A stretch of 64,000 nt of DNA from IMG/VR virus record IMGVR_UViG_3300023296_000646, positions 1 to 64,000 of that record; one strand, written 5' to 3'. Every line of letters begins with the position of its first letter. The stretch's first letter is position 1. This document shows, one piece after another, positions 28,332-38,212 of this stretch. The position numbers were made by a program, and so were the translations under genes. Below the pieces are notes generated by a model. That model saw nothing but the letters and a program-made list of their open reading frames with translations. It did not search any database and had not been told where the DNA came from. This DNA comes from a virus.

Positions 28332-29217
28332 GTGGATCTATTGTTGCTAATTTATCGTAATATTCTGGATCTTCAACTAAATGATCTAACGCAATTTCTG
28401 CAGCTATATTTAAATTAGGAGTATGTTCTAATTCTACTTTAGTGCCAATTTTAAGTTGGCTGTGAATTTGATCTAAAGAAACACCATGCATATCTGCAAT
28501 TTCTTGTGGATTTTTTCCACTTGAAACTCCACCAGGAATTTCTTCTTCAGTTACAACTTCTGACAATTTAATAGAATGTCCAGATCTTACATAAATTTTA
28601 CGATCTTCATCATCAGTTCCAAGCGTTTTAATCACCTTAGATAAATTTTGCAATTCCTTTCTAATTGCAACTAAAGGTTTTACAATTTTACCAACTCCTT
28701 TAAGTTTTGTATCTGCAGATCCGTTTTGACCCCTGACTCCGGCTAATATGTCATCAATTACAATACTAAGATCATTTCTAAGTTTTCCAAGATCTTTATA
28801 TGTTGCACCTTCGTTTAGTTCTGAAGATTCATTTAAATTTTTATCTAATTTGTCATCCCAGTCTATATCCTGTTGGTAGATAAACTTACCATTACTAGCT
28901 TCATACTTTTCTCTAGGTTTAACTATTTTACTTATCGTATATGTTTTAATTCTTCCAGATCTTATAGATCTAACTTTAACCTTATCTCCAACCTTTCTAG
29001 CCTTACCTACCTTGTATGATTCGCTTAGTTTTGAAGATTCCTTTTTAGAATTCCAACGTTCGTCTATATCTGTAAATAGCTTCTGTTGTGAGCTTTCTGG
29101 CATATTATTAAATTTATCAGATCCAACCTTATCTAAAATTTGCATAATAAAATTATGATAATCAGATTGTTCGTTTGCAATTTCTTTAACTATTTGCTTT
29201 AATTTGCCTTTATTCAT
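28318..29217 (-). CDS. Multi-segment putative capsid-internal protein with C-terminal DUF5661-like domain
   Basis: Segments separated by LSE/LNE; C-terminal QLKIGTKVELEHT...AAEIALDHLVEDPEYYDKL. Confidence 0.6.
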   Translation of the reverse strand: MNKGKLKQIVKEIANEQSDYHNFIMQILDKVGSDKFNNMPESSQQKLFTDIDERWNSKKESSKLSESYKVGKARKVGDKVKVRSIRSGRIKTYTISKIVKPREKYEASNGKFIYQQDIDWDDKLDKNLNESSELNEGATYKDLGKLRNDLSIVIDDILAGVRGQNGSADTKLKGVGKIVKPLVAIRKELQNLSKVIKTLGTDDEDRKIYVRSGHSIKLSEVVTEEEIPGGVSSGKNPQEIADMHGVSLDQIHSQLKIGTKVELEHTPNLNIAAEIALDHLVEDPEYYDKLATIDPHENN

Positions 29218-30011
29218 TATTTCATCTCCCTTAGATTTCTAGCTAGTTTAAGAATACGCTCACTAATCTTATTCATTTTAACATGAGTAGATTTCCAATA
29301 AGTATCTGGAGTTACTCCTGTTTCTGTTTTTAATTTTTTCAATTGTTTTACTGCGCGTTCTATTCTATATAACTTACCACTAATTTCCTTAATAGTCTTT
29401 CCAATTTTTTGTCTAGGAGATCGTGTTTCATCATTCTTAAGGGCTCTATACGAAACCTCGTTTAATTTAGATTTATTTTTCTTAGTTTGAGTTCCTATAA
29501 TTTTTTTTACGGCTCTGTATTCATCTACCATATCATTAAATCTGCGATATGATGATTTATCAATTACGTCCAATAACTTAAGGTCTATGATATTAGTTTG
29601 AAGCGCAAACATTGCGTTTGTTACCTTGCTGAAGTTATTGATATAATCTATATTACCTTTAGCTTCATTAATATTGTCTGCCTTGCCATGAATCTGCTTA
29701 GACACCGTTCCGTGAGCAATTCTAGCATCATCTGAATCTTTCTTTTTGCGACTCTTCTTTCCAGAAAATGCACCAGGAACATTATATCCTGCTACTGAAG
29801 CCTGAGCTGTCATTTCATCAACAGTTTCTTCATCAGTATCTTCTAATTGTCTTCTGACCATATACTTTGAAGTAATATCCTTTGCAGATTTTTCGTTTAA
29901 CCCAATAGATGCAAATAAACTCTCTACTGATTCTACAGTAGGAGTTTTTAATTTGGTATCTACCATTGAAAAAATCTTTTCTAGATTTTCCTTATTTACC
30001 TTTTGCGACAT
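29217..30011 (-). CDS. Head-associated hypothetical protein
   Basis: VDE/INE/LNE-delimited segments and a basic helical C-terminus. Confidence 0.55.
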   Translation of the reverse strand: MSQKVNKENLEKIFSMVDTKLKTPTVESVESLFASIGLNEKSAKDITSKYMVRRQLEDTDEETVDEMTAQASVAGYNVPGAFSGKKSRKKKDSDDARIAHGTVSKQIHGKADNINEAKGNIDYINNFSKVTNAMFALQTNIIDLKLLDVIDKSSYRRFNDMVDEYRAVKKIIGTQTKKNKSKLNEVSYRALKNDETRSPRQKIGKTIKEISGKLYRIERAVKQLKKLKTETGVTPDTYWKSTHVKMNKISERILKLARNLREMK

Positions 30012-30861
30012 GCTCTAACTCCTTTATAAGTTCATAAGCCATCATAACTGCGGTTACATGATTATCTTTAACAATTCTCCCGTGAGATGCAGTCTGTAGT
30101 TGCTTAATAGTTTCTTCTAATTTTATTATAGTTACACTATCATCAATCCTCTTTGATATAGCCTTTAAAACTAATTGAATTTTTGGAACTTCTGATTTTA
30201 TGTACTCACTTAACGAATTAGTATTTGATACGTTATTGATGTATTCCCTAAGAAGTTTCTTCTGACGACTGTCAAATGATTTGTATTTATCGTTGAATTT
30301 TTTAAGAAATACATACTGAGATAATTTTCTAGTATCAGCATCTTCTTTTGAAAACGCTTCCATAAGTGGATCTATTTTTGTCACCTTAGCAGACGAATCA
30401 CTTATAATAGATTCTATAATAGTTGTCTTAGATACAAATACATCCTTAGGTCTATATAATTTTGTACTAGTTGCGTTTTCAAACAACTTGTAAATTGATG
30501 CTAGCACTTTATATGAGGTAACCTGAGATCTAAAGAATTTATCAATATCATACGTATTCTTTATTTCCTTAATCAGTTCAAATTTTTCTAATCCTAATCT
30601 ACGTTCACTAAGTCTTTTACGAGCTCCTAGAACTGCATCTAAAATTCGTTCTGCCTTGATTTCAGATATAACTCGCTTTGAAAGAATCAAGTGATACATT
30701 TGAAGTTCTTTCCCAAGCTCAGTGCCTTTACCAAAATACTTAGATAAAATACCTTCTGCCAATGATTCTCTTCCACCAATTATATCTGCAGTAATTTGGC
30801 GCACAATCATTTCATACAAAAAACCAGTATTTTTATATTTTGAATGTCTTAGTTTTCTCAT
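29992..30861 (-). CDS. Hypothetical protein between portal and protease
   Basis: HSKYKNTGFLYE N-terminus, helical, with its own upstream promoter motif. Confidence 0.6.
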   Translation of the reverse strand: MRKLRHSKYKNTGFLYEMIVRQITADIIGGRESLAEGILSKYFGKGTELGKELQMYHLILSKRVISEIKAERILDAVLGARKRLSERRLGLEKFELIKEIKNTYDIDKFFRSQVTSYKVLASIYKLFENATSTKLYRPKDVFVSKTTIIESIISDSSAKVTKIDPLMEAFSKEDADTRKLSQYVFLKKFNDKYKSFDSRQKKLLREYINNVSNTNSLSEYIKSEVPKIQLVLKAISKRIDDSVTIIKLEETIKQLQTASHGRIVKDNHVTAVMMAYELIKELEHVAKGK

Positions 30862-30894
30862 AATTGTTTCTTACTTAATGCGTGCTAATTCTTT

Positions 30895-30903
30895 AATAAA
30901 TAT
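30895..30903 (-). promoter_or_regulatory. Candidate late promoter variant ATATTTATT
   Basis: About 34 nt upstream of ATG 30861. Confidence 0.5.
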
Positions 30904-30926
30904 CACCTTTGTTTCGATTACGATTA

Positions 30927-32711
30927 TTATATAATATTGCTCTCATCTAATAGTCCTTTAGAATTAAGATTAGCGCTATTCATTCCACCAATCAATCTTT
31001 TAATTTCATTCATTGAAATTGAATTTCTACCTATAGGGTCTCTTCCTAGTACATGCTTATCTGTAGCATACTTAGTTTGATTTCCTCTAGGTCTTCCACC
31101 CTGTTTATATTTTTCATCGTTTTCAAAATCTTCTGCATCTTCATCTTCTCCGGAGAATCCAGATACATCATCGCTATCTTCATCTTCTCCGTTAAATGGA
31201 TCTATTGCCTGACCACCAACTACATGTTGACCAGATTTTGCAGGATCATTTCCATCAGAATCTATCTGATCCAATCTATATTTGAATTTTGCATCGTTCA
31301 CTAATCTCAATCGTTCTCTAACAATATCGTCTTCAGATAGTTTGAAAATAGTTTCATAAATCCAATCTACTGACAACAGCTGTCCGGATTTAATATCATC
31401 ACCAAGTCGAACCTTTTCTTGCCAAATTCTAATTTGCTCCTGTTCGTACACGGTAGAAGACATCGCTAATTCCAATGAGAAGTCTATTAACTCCTTATCC
31501 GTGTATCCGTTTGCATATAAATGAACTATTGCTATTTTTGAAAGTTCAGATACAACAATTCTCTGAACCTTTCTAATACTTCTAGCAAATCTCATATCCT
31601 CTTGAGCTAATGTACCCTTTCCACTTGTATCTTCTTCATAGCCAAGATATGCTCTAGGAATTTTAAGACCTGCAAATAATTTCTTTTGTAGGTATTCAAT
31701 ATCCTCTACTGTTTGATATTCCAATCCAGGAAGATTTTCAATTGATGTGCCATCCTTAGTACCACGAACTGGAAGGTAGAAATCTTCTAACAGGTTTTGA
31801 ATGTTAAATTTTAAATTGTATTCACCTGTATTGGGATCCATCAGCGATGCCTTTTTAGTCTTTTGCATAAGACGCTGCATATATCCTTCTACATCCTTAG
31901 GAGGAATATTACCAATATCTACTTTATACATTCTACGTTCAGGAGCTCTAACGATTCTATGAACCATCATTGCGTCTTCCATAAGTTTTATTTGTTTCCA
32001 AATTCTACGTATGTTTTCAACAATAGCCTTTCCGTATGGAAGGAAATTTGAATCTGTACCCAATCTAAAATGGGCCATTTCGTAATCATCGTATGTAGTT
32101 GCTTGATTACTTGAATATGTTGTTGCTCCTGATATATCATGAATAAATCTAACAGCCTTAGGATCTTCTATATCGTATCCTTCTTCTCGTATTATCTCGT
32201 ATACTGAAAGTGGAATTACATCTATAACTCCAATTCCTTCTTCTATTTCTAGTTTTAAAAACAGATCACCATACTTACATAAATTTCTAATCCATGCAGA
32301 TAAATTGAAATTGATGTTTAGAATATCATAAAATAGATTATGAAGAATTTGCTTCACATCGTTATTAGATGTGGTAATTTTTAAGATTTGACCAAACTCA
32401 TCTTCCAATGAAGATTCTTCTGCATACATATCTATTGCTGATGCAATAATTGGATCAGCATCCATTCCTTCATAATCCCTGAATAGGTGGTATCTGGTTG
32501 CTTGAAATACTCCAGTTTGATCCCTACCTTGGGCGCCAGGAGTTCTATATATGGATGCATGTCTTTGCTTCCAACTACCCTTAGGCATTAGCTGACTACT
32601 ATTTGCGTCAAATACTTTTATTCCCTTTCCACTGCCCTTGCTTACTACACGAACTACAGATCCGTTTGAGAATAATCTTTTTAATCTTGCATTAAAGCTT
32701 TTGTTTGCCAT
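30927..32711 (-). CDS. gp20: Portal protein, T4 gp20 family
   Basis: QIKLMEDAMMVHRIVRAPERRMYKVDIGNIP, EDFYLPVRG, IENLPG, DIEYLQKKLFAGLKIP. Confidence 0.95.
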   Translation of the reverse strand: MANKSFNARLKRLFSNGSVVRVVSKGSGKGIKVFDANSSQLMPKGSWKQRHASIYRTPGAQGRDQTGVFQATRYHLFRDYEGMDADPIIASAIDMYAEESSLEDEFGQILKITTSNNDVKQILHNLFYDILNINFNLSAWIRNLCKYGDLFLKLEIEEGIGVIDVIPLSVYEIIREEGYDIEDPKAVRFIHDISGATTYSSNQATTYDDYEMAHFRLGTDSNFLPYGKAIVENIRRIWKQIKLMEDAMMVHRIVRAPERRMYKVDIGNIPPKDVEGYMQRLMQKTKKASLMDPNTGEYNLKFNIQNLLEDFYLPVRGTKDGTSIENLPGLEYQTVEDIEYLQKKLFAGLKIPRAYLGYEEDTSGKGTLAQEDMRFARSIRKVQRIVVSELSKIAIVHLYANGYTDKELIDFSLELAMSSTVYEQEQIRIWQEKVRLGDDIKSGQLLSVDWIYETIFKLSEDDIVRERLRLVNDAKFKYRLDQIDSDGNDPAKSGQHVVGGQAIDPFNGEDEDSDDVSGFSGEDEDAEDFENDEKYKQGGRPRGNQTKYATDKHVLGRDPIGRNSISMNEIKRLIGGMNSANLNSKGLLDESNII

Positions 32712-32736
32712 TGTAATACTAGGTTGTTTGTCAGTT

Positions 32737-32745
32737 TATAAATAT
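32737..32745 (-). promoter_or_regulatory. Candidate late promoter ATATTTATA
   Basis: About 26 nt upstream of the portal ATG. Confidence 0.6.
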
Positions 32746-32771
32746 ATGCACAAGTTAATTAGCCTAAAATA

Positions 32772-34400
32772 CTACCCTAATAGCCAGCGCAAATCTTCCT
32801 CGTCACCATTACCTACGTCCATTTTGTATGGATCACTACCACCAGTAGAGTCTAAACTGTTATACATTCCATCATATGGACGTTTAACTGATATTGAACT
32901 AATTGCTGCTGCCGTCAAATCTATTCCTTCTTGTTTAAGTTTTATTGCAGTATCTCTTACCCATAATCCTATGCCCAATGGCATTACCAAATCATCATTA
33001 TATCCTCTAAGGGCTTGTGCCTTTCCATTAAGCCAATTAAAGGTAAATAATTCTTCTATAGTTCGTATTGATTTAATCGTTACTGCTTTATCTCTGAAGT
33101 ATTCATCTAACTTAGAAATGATAAGTGGTCTAGTTCTTGCAGATGTAGTAAATCCTGCTACCATTTTGGTATCAGGATCATACTTATTAATATTCATTTG
33201 GTGTTCTACGTCTACATACTTTAAATCGTTAGACATATAAAATAGATTTGGGTATCCTCTATCTATTACAACCTGAATCGCATGCCAACCTACTGTTGCG
33301 TTTTCTACTACAAGAAGGGCATCATTATATTCTGTTGCTATTGACAGTAACATATTTCCAAAGATTTTGGTAGTAACCTTACCTTTAAATTCTGCTACCT
33401 GCGTCATTGTCTCTAGATCGAAAACATGATATGCAGAATAATCTGCACCATCACCCCTTGCAACGTCAGCCACAACTAGATATCCCATTTTTCTGTTATA
33501 ATCTACAGGTTCCCAAACCCATAAATTGGATCCCATTCCTCGTCTCTCTAATGGCTCTTCTACATATGTGTCTTTATAAAATTGAATTACTTCACCAGGA
33601 ATTACAGTATGACCAGACGCAATGAAATCGCAGTCACATTCCTGAGCTGATCCCTTTTCTCCCAACAATTCAGTCTGCTGATCTCTCCAGTCTTGATCAC
33701 GTTCTGGATGGAGTGACCAATGAATATTAATTGGGTTCCATGTAATAACGTTATTCTTAGTTTCTATTTTTTCTTTAGCCAGTGCCTTTTGCCATGTTTG
33801 ATGGAACCAATTTCCCATTCCGTTTGGAGTAGATACAGCGATTGCAGTTCCACCCGTTGCTAAAGTCGAAGACGATGCTTTCCAAATTTCATCAATCTTA
33901 TCAATAAACGCTGCCTCATCGAATATAAGAAGAGATAGCGCTTCAGAACGTCCTGCTTCTCCTGATGATGAAATTGCCTTTATTTGAGAACCATTTGCAA
34001 ATCGCAATGACAATTTATTATCCTCTAGTGCCTTTCCCTTTAGCCATACTGGAAGATTTGAATGCATATGTCTAACCTTCGTAACTAGGTTTTTCGCAGT
34101 GTCTTGTTTTGTTGCAATCACTAATACATTCTTATCATCATGAAACAGAATCAACCAGAGCGCATAAGCTGCAGTTAGTGTTGATATCCCAGTTTGTCGA
34201 CTCTTAAGAATTGCATTGAACCTGTGATTTTGGAAGTCCTTTAGTGCATCTTCCTGAAATGGAAACATTTTAAATAAAATGCTACCTCGAATAGGATGTT
34301 GAATTTTGCAATACTTCCTTACAAAATGGGCAGGATCTATCATGCAGTTTTTATATTCCTGCTTTATTATATCCTGTAATGATTGTTGTTTTTCTGCCAT
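32772..34400 (-). CDS. terL: Terminase large subunit, T4 gp17-like
   Basis: Walker A KSRQTGIST, Walker B LLIFDEAAF, STPNG, nuclease ADVARGDGADYS and DDLVM. Confidence 0.95.
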   Translation of the reverse strand: MAEKQQSLQDIIKQEYKNCMIDPAHFVRKYCKIQHPIRGSILFKMFPFQEDALKDFQNHRFNAILKSRQTGISTLTAAYALWLILFHDDKNVLVIATKQDTAKNLVTKVRHMHSNLPVWLKGKALEDNKLSLRFANGSQIKAISSSGEAGRSEALSLLIFDEAAFIDKIDEIWKASSSTLATGGTAIAVSTPNGMGNWFHQTWQKALAKEKIETKNNVITWNPINIHWSLHPERDQDWRDQQTELLGEKGSAQECDCDFIASGHTVIPGEVIQFYKDTYVEEPLERRGMGSNLWVWEPVDYNRKMGYLVVADVARGDGADYSAYHVFDLETMTQVAEFKGKVTTKIFGNMLLSIATEYNDALLVVENATVGWHAIQVVIDRGYPNLFYMSNDLKYVDVEHQMNINKYDPDTKMVAGFTTSARTRPLIISKLDEYFRDKAVTIKSIRTIEELFTFNWLNGKAQALRGYNDDLVMPLGIGLWVRDTAIKLKQEGIDLTAAAISSISVKRPYDGMYNSLDSTGGSDPYKMDVGNGDEEDLRWLLG

Positions 34401-34813
34401 TAGTTTCCTCCTGAACTATTAATGTTCTGTAACACTATAGAGGATACCAGTATGGTAGCTGCACCGTTTAAAAACCACAATACCTTGCTTTGTCTCCAAC
34501 CTCTCTTCTCTAGATGTGTTATATAATCAGTATGTGATTGTATTTCGTCTTCTAGCAGCCGAATACGTTGATCCTTAAATCCTAGTAGTAGACTATCCTG
34601 TTCTACAATAAACTCTAATTTTCTAATTTCTAATTTCTTAAAACCAAGTAGAGTTCGTAAATCTGCATTATCAGTTTGCAGCGAATCTACTTGAGTAAAA
34701 AACGCTTGAAGTTCTGTTTTAGGAATTGTTACCGTATCTGTGCTATCCTGGGCCTGTACATTTTGAACTCCTAGCATTAAAACAAACAGCAATGCTAATA
34801 GAATCTTTTTCAT
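34400..34813 (-). CDS. Secreted coiled-coil protein with C-terminal hydrophobic anchor (possible spanin-like component)
   Basis: Sec signal MKKILLALLFVLMLGVQNVQA|Q, coiled coil, VLWFLNGAATILVSSIVL. Confidence 0.5.
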   Translation of the reverse strand: MKKILLALLFVLMLGVQNVQAQDSTDTVTIPKTELQAFFTQVDSLQTDNADLRTLLGFKKLEIRKLEFIVEQDSLLLGFKDQRIRLLEDEIQSHTDYITHLEKRGWRQSKVLWFLNGAATILVSSIVLQNINSSGGN

Positions 34814-34814
34814 A

Positions 34815-35135
34815 TTATTCATTACCATACTTTCTTTGAAAATCATCAATTGCGTTTCCAGTCTTATCTGGAGTTCTAGAGTTTATCCTATCTTCAATAA
34901 TCTTAGCCTTGTTTTGAATATCCTTCAACTCTGACTTTGCCTTTGCCTTATTGGCTGCAGTCTCTACTTCTCGTTCGTATAGGGCGTCGCGTCGACCTCT
35001 ATTTTTATTTACCATTTCTTGATACTTTTCCTTAACTGCATCTGCGTCTCCTCTAGTTAAATACAAAAACGCAACTATTAGAAATAGTATTCCACTACCG
35101 ATTAGTACTATATTGTTCCACAATTTTTTCATCAT
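34815..35135 (-). CDS. N-terminal TM plus coiled-coil protein (i-spanin-like topology)
   Basis: IVLIGSGILFLIVAFLYL followed by a charged helix. Confidence 0.5.
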   Translation of the reverse strand: MMKKLWNNIVLIGSGILFLIVAFLYLTRGDADAVKEKYQEMVNKNRGRRDALYEREVETAANKAKAKSELKDIQNKAKIIEDRINSRTPDKTGNAIDDFQRKYGNE

Positions 35136-35742
35136 CTTTGATCACCAATTCTTGTCGCATGCGGTTTAATTCTTTATTAGCTTCTGGTAGTATATATACG
35201 ATATCATCCAATTCGGTCTGAATTCCATCTCTTATGGCTTCCCAATTGCCTGCAAATTCAAATCCTGTTATAATACCGTTAGCTGATACTAATTCTGATT
35301 TAGAATCTGAGTCTTCAGATAGTGCTTCTGTAAATTGTACCTTTAACTCAGTTAAAATTGAAATTTCGTTTTCAAAAACTTTAATACGTTCCCATAGTGG
35401 ATACAATCCAGTAACCCTAAGTTTGTGTTCAAAATCTTGTTGACATGTGAAACAATGTCCAGTTCTATAGTAGAATTTGGTATCAAATTTGTTCTTCATA
35501 TGCTGATTACATTTAGGACAAAAAGAAGGTACTCTAAACTCTTTAAAAATTTCAGATTTAGCTCTTCTATTTTCTTCTTCTCTGCTCAATCGCTCTTGGC
35601 GATCATCTTGAGATTCGGTCCATCCAAATGTGTCCTTTCTGTAATCGCCATTCATTACATCTAGAATTTTACGACGCGACTTATGCATCTTATTTCTAGA
35701 ATCTGTCTTATTGTACGTACCGTCCTTTACCTTTATTAACAT
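35095..35742 (-). CDS. Zn-finger hypothetical protein
   Basis: CPKC...HCFTC and a C-terminal coiled coil. Confidence 0.55.
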   Translation of the reverse strand: MLIKVKDGTYNKTDSRNKMHKSRRKILDVMNGDYRKDTFGWTESQDDRQERLSREEENRRAKSEIFKEFRVPSFCPKCNQHMKNKFDTKFYYRTGHCFTCQQDFEHKLRVTGLYPLWERIKVFENEISILTELKVQFTEALSEDSDSKSELVSANGIITGFEFAGNWEAIRDGIQTELDDIVYILPEANKELNRMRQELVIKDDEKIVEQYSTNR

Positions 35743-35756
35743 AACCTATAACCTTT

Positions 35757-38171
35757 TTATTGCTGCTCTATTGTCATTTTTTTGTCGTATGCGTCTTTTT
35801 TCATATCGACAATTTGTTGAATGAATGGCGATCTTCGTAAAGCTTTAAATGCAAGATTTTCTACAGATAATTCCCCACCAGATTCTAATCCGCTTTGTCT
35901 CATTCTTTTTAACTTATCTTGAATATCTTCAATTGCACTAATTACCTTATCATATTTAGCGTCATTCATATAACCTTCTAAAATTGGAATCATTCTCATA
36001 AAATTATCTGCCTTGCTGACTACATCATCTATATCAATAGTAGACACGTCTTTGTTAGGAACACTGATCCAATTATCCTTTACTATGGAATATAGACCAG
36101 ACGCTATATGAGTTTCTCCAATGTTTTCTACAAATACTTCTACAGGAAACCCATGAATCTTAATATCGTGCTTTGTATTCCATACAGTCTTCTTAGCCAA
36201 TACTAAATTGCGAACTAAATCTTCGTTTTCGTCTATATCAGAAAATTTAATTCTAATATGAAGATCTATGTCAGAAAATTTAGACCAATTGAAATTTGAA
36301 ATACTTCCAGTAAGTGTAATGTCTTGTATTTTTACACCTTCATTAAATTCTAATCCTTCAAAAAATTCTTCTGCTATTATTAGCAGTTTGGTGCGAACAT
36401 CTGATTTTAGTTTGCTATCATTCCAAATTTTAGGATTTAGTGAATCCTGAGTTTTGAAGCTGTTCAATACGTCTGAAGGAATATCTTCATTTATACCAAG
36501 TCTGTTACGAGTCTGAGCCGGTGTTTCTCCACGTCTAGCACCTCTAATTGGTTTTTCAGAACCCAATTTACCTTGAATCTTCTTTTTCTTTTTAATCATA
36601 GGAGATTTTCCATGATCAATATCTATTCCCTTAGCAGTATTACTTCCAGTATACTCAGAAGGTTTTATAATTCTAGTTCCCTTTTCATCCTTTCCTGCTG
36701 TCTTCTTTCCAAGATATATTTCTAATTTGTATTTATTGCCAATAATTTTAATTTTCAATTGACGTTCAATTGATTTTAGTATTTTTAATAATACTGACTT
36801 ATTTGGTGGATATTTCCAAAATGATATTACCTTACGTCTTATCCAAATTCTACCTGGATATTCCCAATCATCTCTATCGGTTGGTAGTAAATCAAACTCA
36901 TCTTCATCTATAAAATCTTCATCCAATAAATGCATTGATAATTCATCATGATATGTATCATGATTTCTTGCAACATACGTTTTTCCCTTATATGAGCTAA
37001 AGGCTCTTGCATCTCGCTCATCATATTGAACTAAACTACCAACCCAATCTGGATTTTCGTTTAGTTTAGCCTTTCTAAATGTTACAACCTTTCTTCCGTT
37101 TATTGTTGGCATTCCATGCTCATCTGTTCCAATGGCCTTTACTATAGTTTTCTTATTTTTAAATTTGCCAGTTAATATCGTATCACCAATTTTTACGTCT
37201 ATACTAATTGCTTCATTTAGATATATGTTCTTTTCTGAAACCTTCTTAAATTTGGTTATGATATCCCCAGCTAGCGCATGTGCTTCTGTTTCTAATGGAT
37301 CTGTTTGATCTATTGCCCATTTACTTCCGTCTTCTGCAATAGCCCCAAGTCTACCATCTTCATTCTGCTTATGATGAACTAACTCATGAACTACTGATCT
37401 TAGATAATCTGCTAGCGCTCTTCCTTTGGTATAAATTTTAATGTCAAATGACATTGGATTATAATAAGCAGTAGTAGAAATATCTTCTCTGCTATCTGTT
37501 AATTTTATCGGAGGTCGTTCTCTAATGCTAAGTTCTTTAATGGCAAACTGAATTAAATCTTCTGTAATTGCCTTATCACCATCTTCAGATTCATATTCAA
37601 ATAATGTAACTGATTCTGAAATTTGTGGCTTTTCTTTTGCATCTGCTTTAGATTGCTTACTTGTTATACGTTTTTCTGCTGCAGTATTTATTCTAGTTTC
37701 TCTGCTTTTTACCAATTCATACCCAACCATAGCAGCTCGCCTGGTAACATGAGTAAACCACTTATTCCATGCTTCACTACCAACTAAATCTTGCTGATTT
37801 GTTGGCGTTTTTTTTCCTGCATCACCTGCAGGGAAAAATGATACAGAATCTACTGGCCCATTTGGATATATTGGTGGGTTGTCATCATCATCAGATGCAC
37901 CATCTATAATATAGTTGATAACAGACCATCCAATCTGCTCTGCTCTTTCTTTTGTAACTCTCTTATAAATAGAATGATTTTTGTAATGATAGTTTGGACC
38001 ATCATCAACTGCTAACAATCCACCGCCTACGCTAGTATTTGTCAATTCGTCTAAAACATTTTTAAATGAATCAGTTTGCACATACTCTAGTATTTCTTCT
38101 TCAGTTGGAAGGAGTTCTAATACGTCGTCTACTAAAAATAAGTCTGCTAATTGTATAGAAAGTTCGTTCAT
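35757..38171 (-). CDS. Multidomain protein: HExxH domain, small beta domain(s), C-terminal Pol-beta-type nucleotidyltransferase
   Basis: VVHELVHHKQ...ETEA; LTGSISNFNWSKFSDIDLHI...PVEVFVE. Confidence 0.7.
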   Translation of the reverse strand: MNELSIQLADLFLVDDVLELLPTEEEILEYVQTDSFKNVLDELTNTSVGGGLLAVDDGPNYHYKNHSIYKRVTKERAEQIGWSVINYIIDGASDDDDNPPIYPNGPVDSVSFFPAGDAGKKTPTNQQDLVGSEAWNKWFTHVTRRAAMVGYELVKSRETRINTAAEKRITSKQSKADAKEKPQISESVTLFEYESEDGDKAITEDLIQFAIKELSIRERPPIKLTDSREDISTTAYYNPMSFDIKIYTKGRALADYLRSVVHELVHHKQNEDGRLGAIAEDGSKWAIDQTDPLETEAHALAGDIITKFKKVSEKNIYLNEAISIDVKIGDTILTGKFKNKKTIVKAIGTDEHGMPTINGRKVVTFRKAKLNENPDWVGSLVQYDERDARAFSSYKGKTYVARNHDTYHDELSMHLLDEDFIDEDEFDLLPTDRDDWEYPGRIWIRRKVISFWKYPPNKSVLLKILKSIERQLKIKIIGNKYKLEIYLGKKTAGKDEKGTRIIKPSEYTGSNTAKGIDIDHGKSPMIKKKKKIQGKLGSEKPIRGARRGETPAQTRNRLGINEDIPSDVLNSFKTQDSLNPKIWNDSKLKSDVRTKLLIIAEEFFEGLEFNEGVKIQDITLTGSISNFNWSKFSDIDLHIRIKFSDIDENEDLVRNLVLAKKTVWNTKHDIKIHGFPVEVFVENIGETHIASGLYSIVKDNWISVPNKDVSTIDIDDVVSKADNFMRMIPILEGYMNDAKYDKVISAIEDIQDKLKRMRQSGLESGGELSVENLAFKALRRSPFIQQIVDMKKDAYDKKMTIEQQ

Positions 38172-38192
38172 TTTATGTACTCTCGTTTCTCA

Positions 38193-38201
38193 TATAAATA
38201 T
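38193..38201 (-). promoter_or_regulatory. Candidate late promoter ATATTTATA
   Basis: About 22 nt upstream of ATG 38171. Confidence 0.6.
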
Positions 38202-38212
38202 ACGTGTAACTA

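Noticed and set aside
32638-33240. 200-aa plus-strand ORF
   Set aside because: It is antisense to the conserved terminase nuclease domain and has no recognisable features.
30927-34400. Inteins or introns in terminase or portal
   Set aside because: Lengths are ordinary, motifs are contiguous, and no splice-junction motifs were seen.
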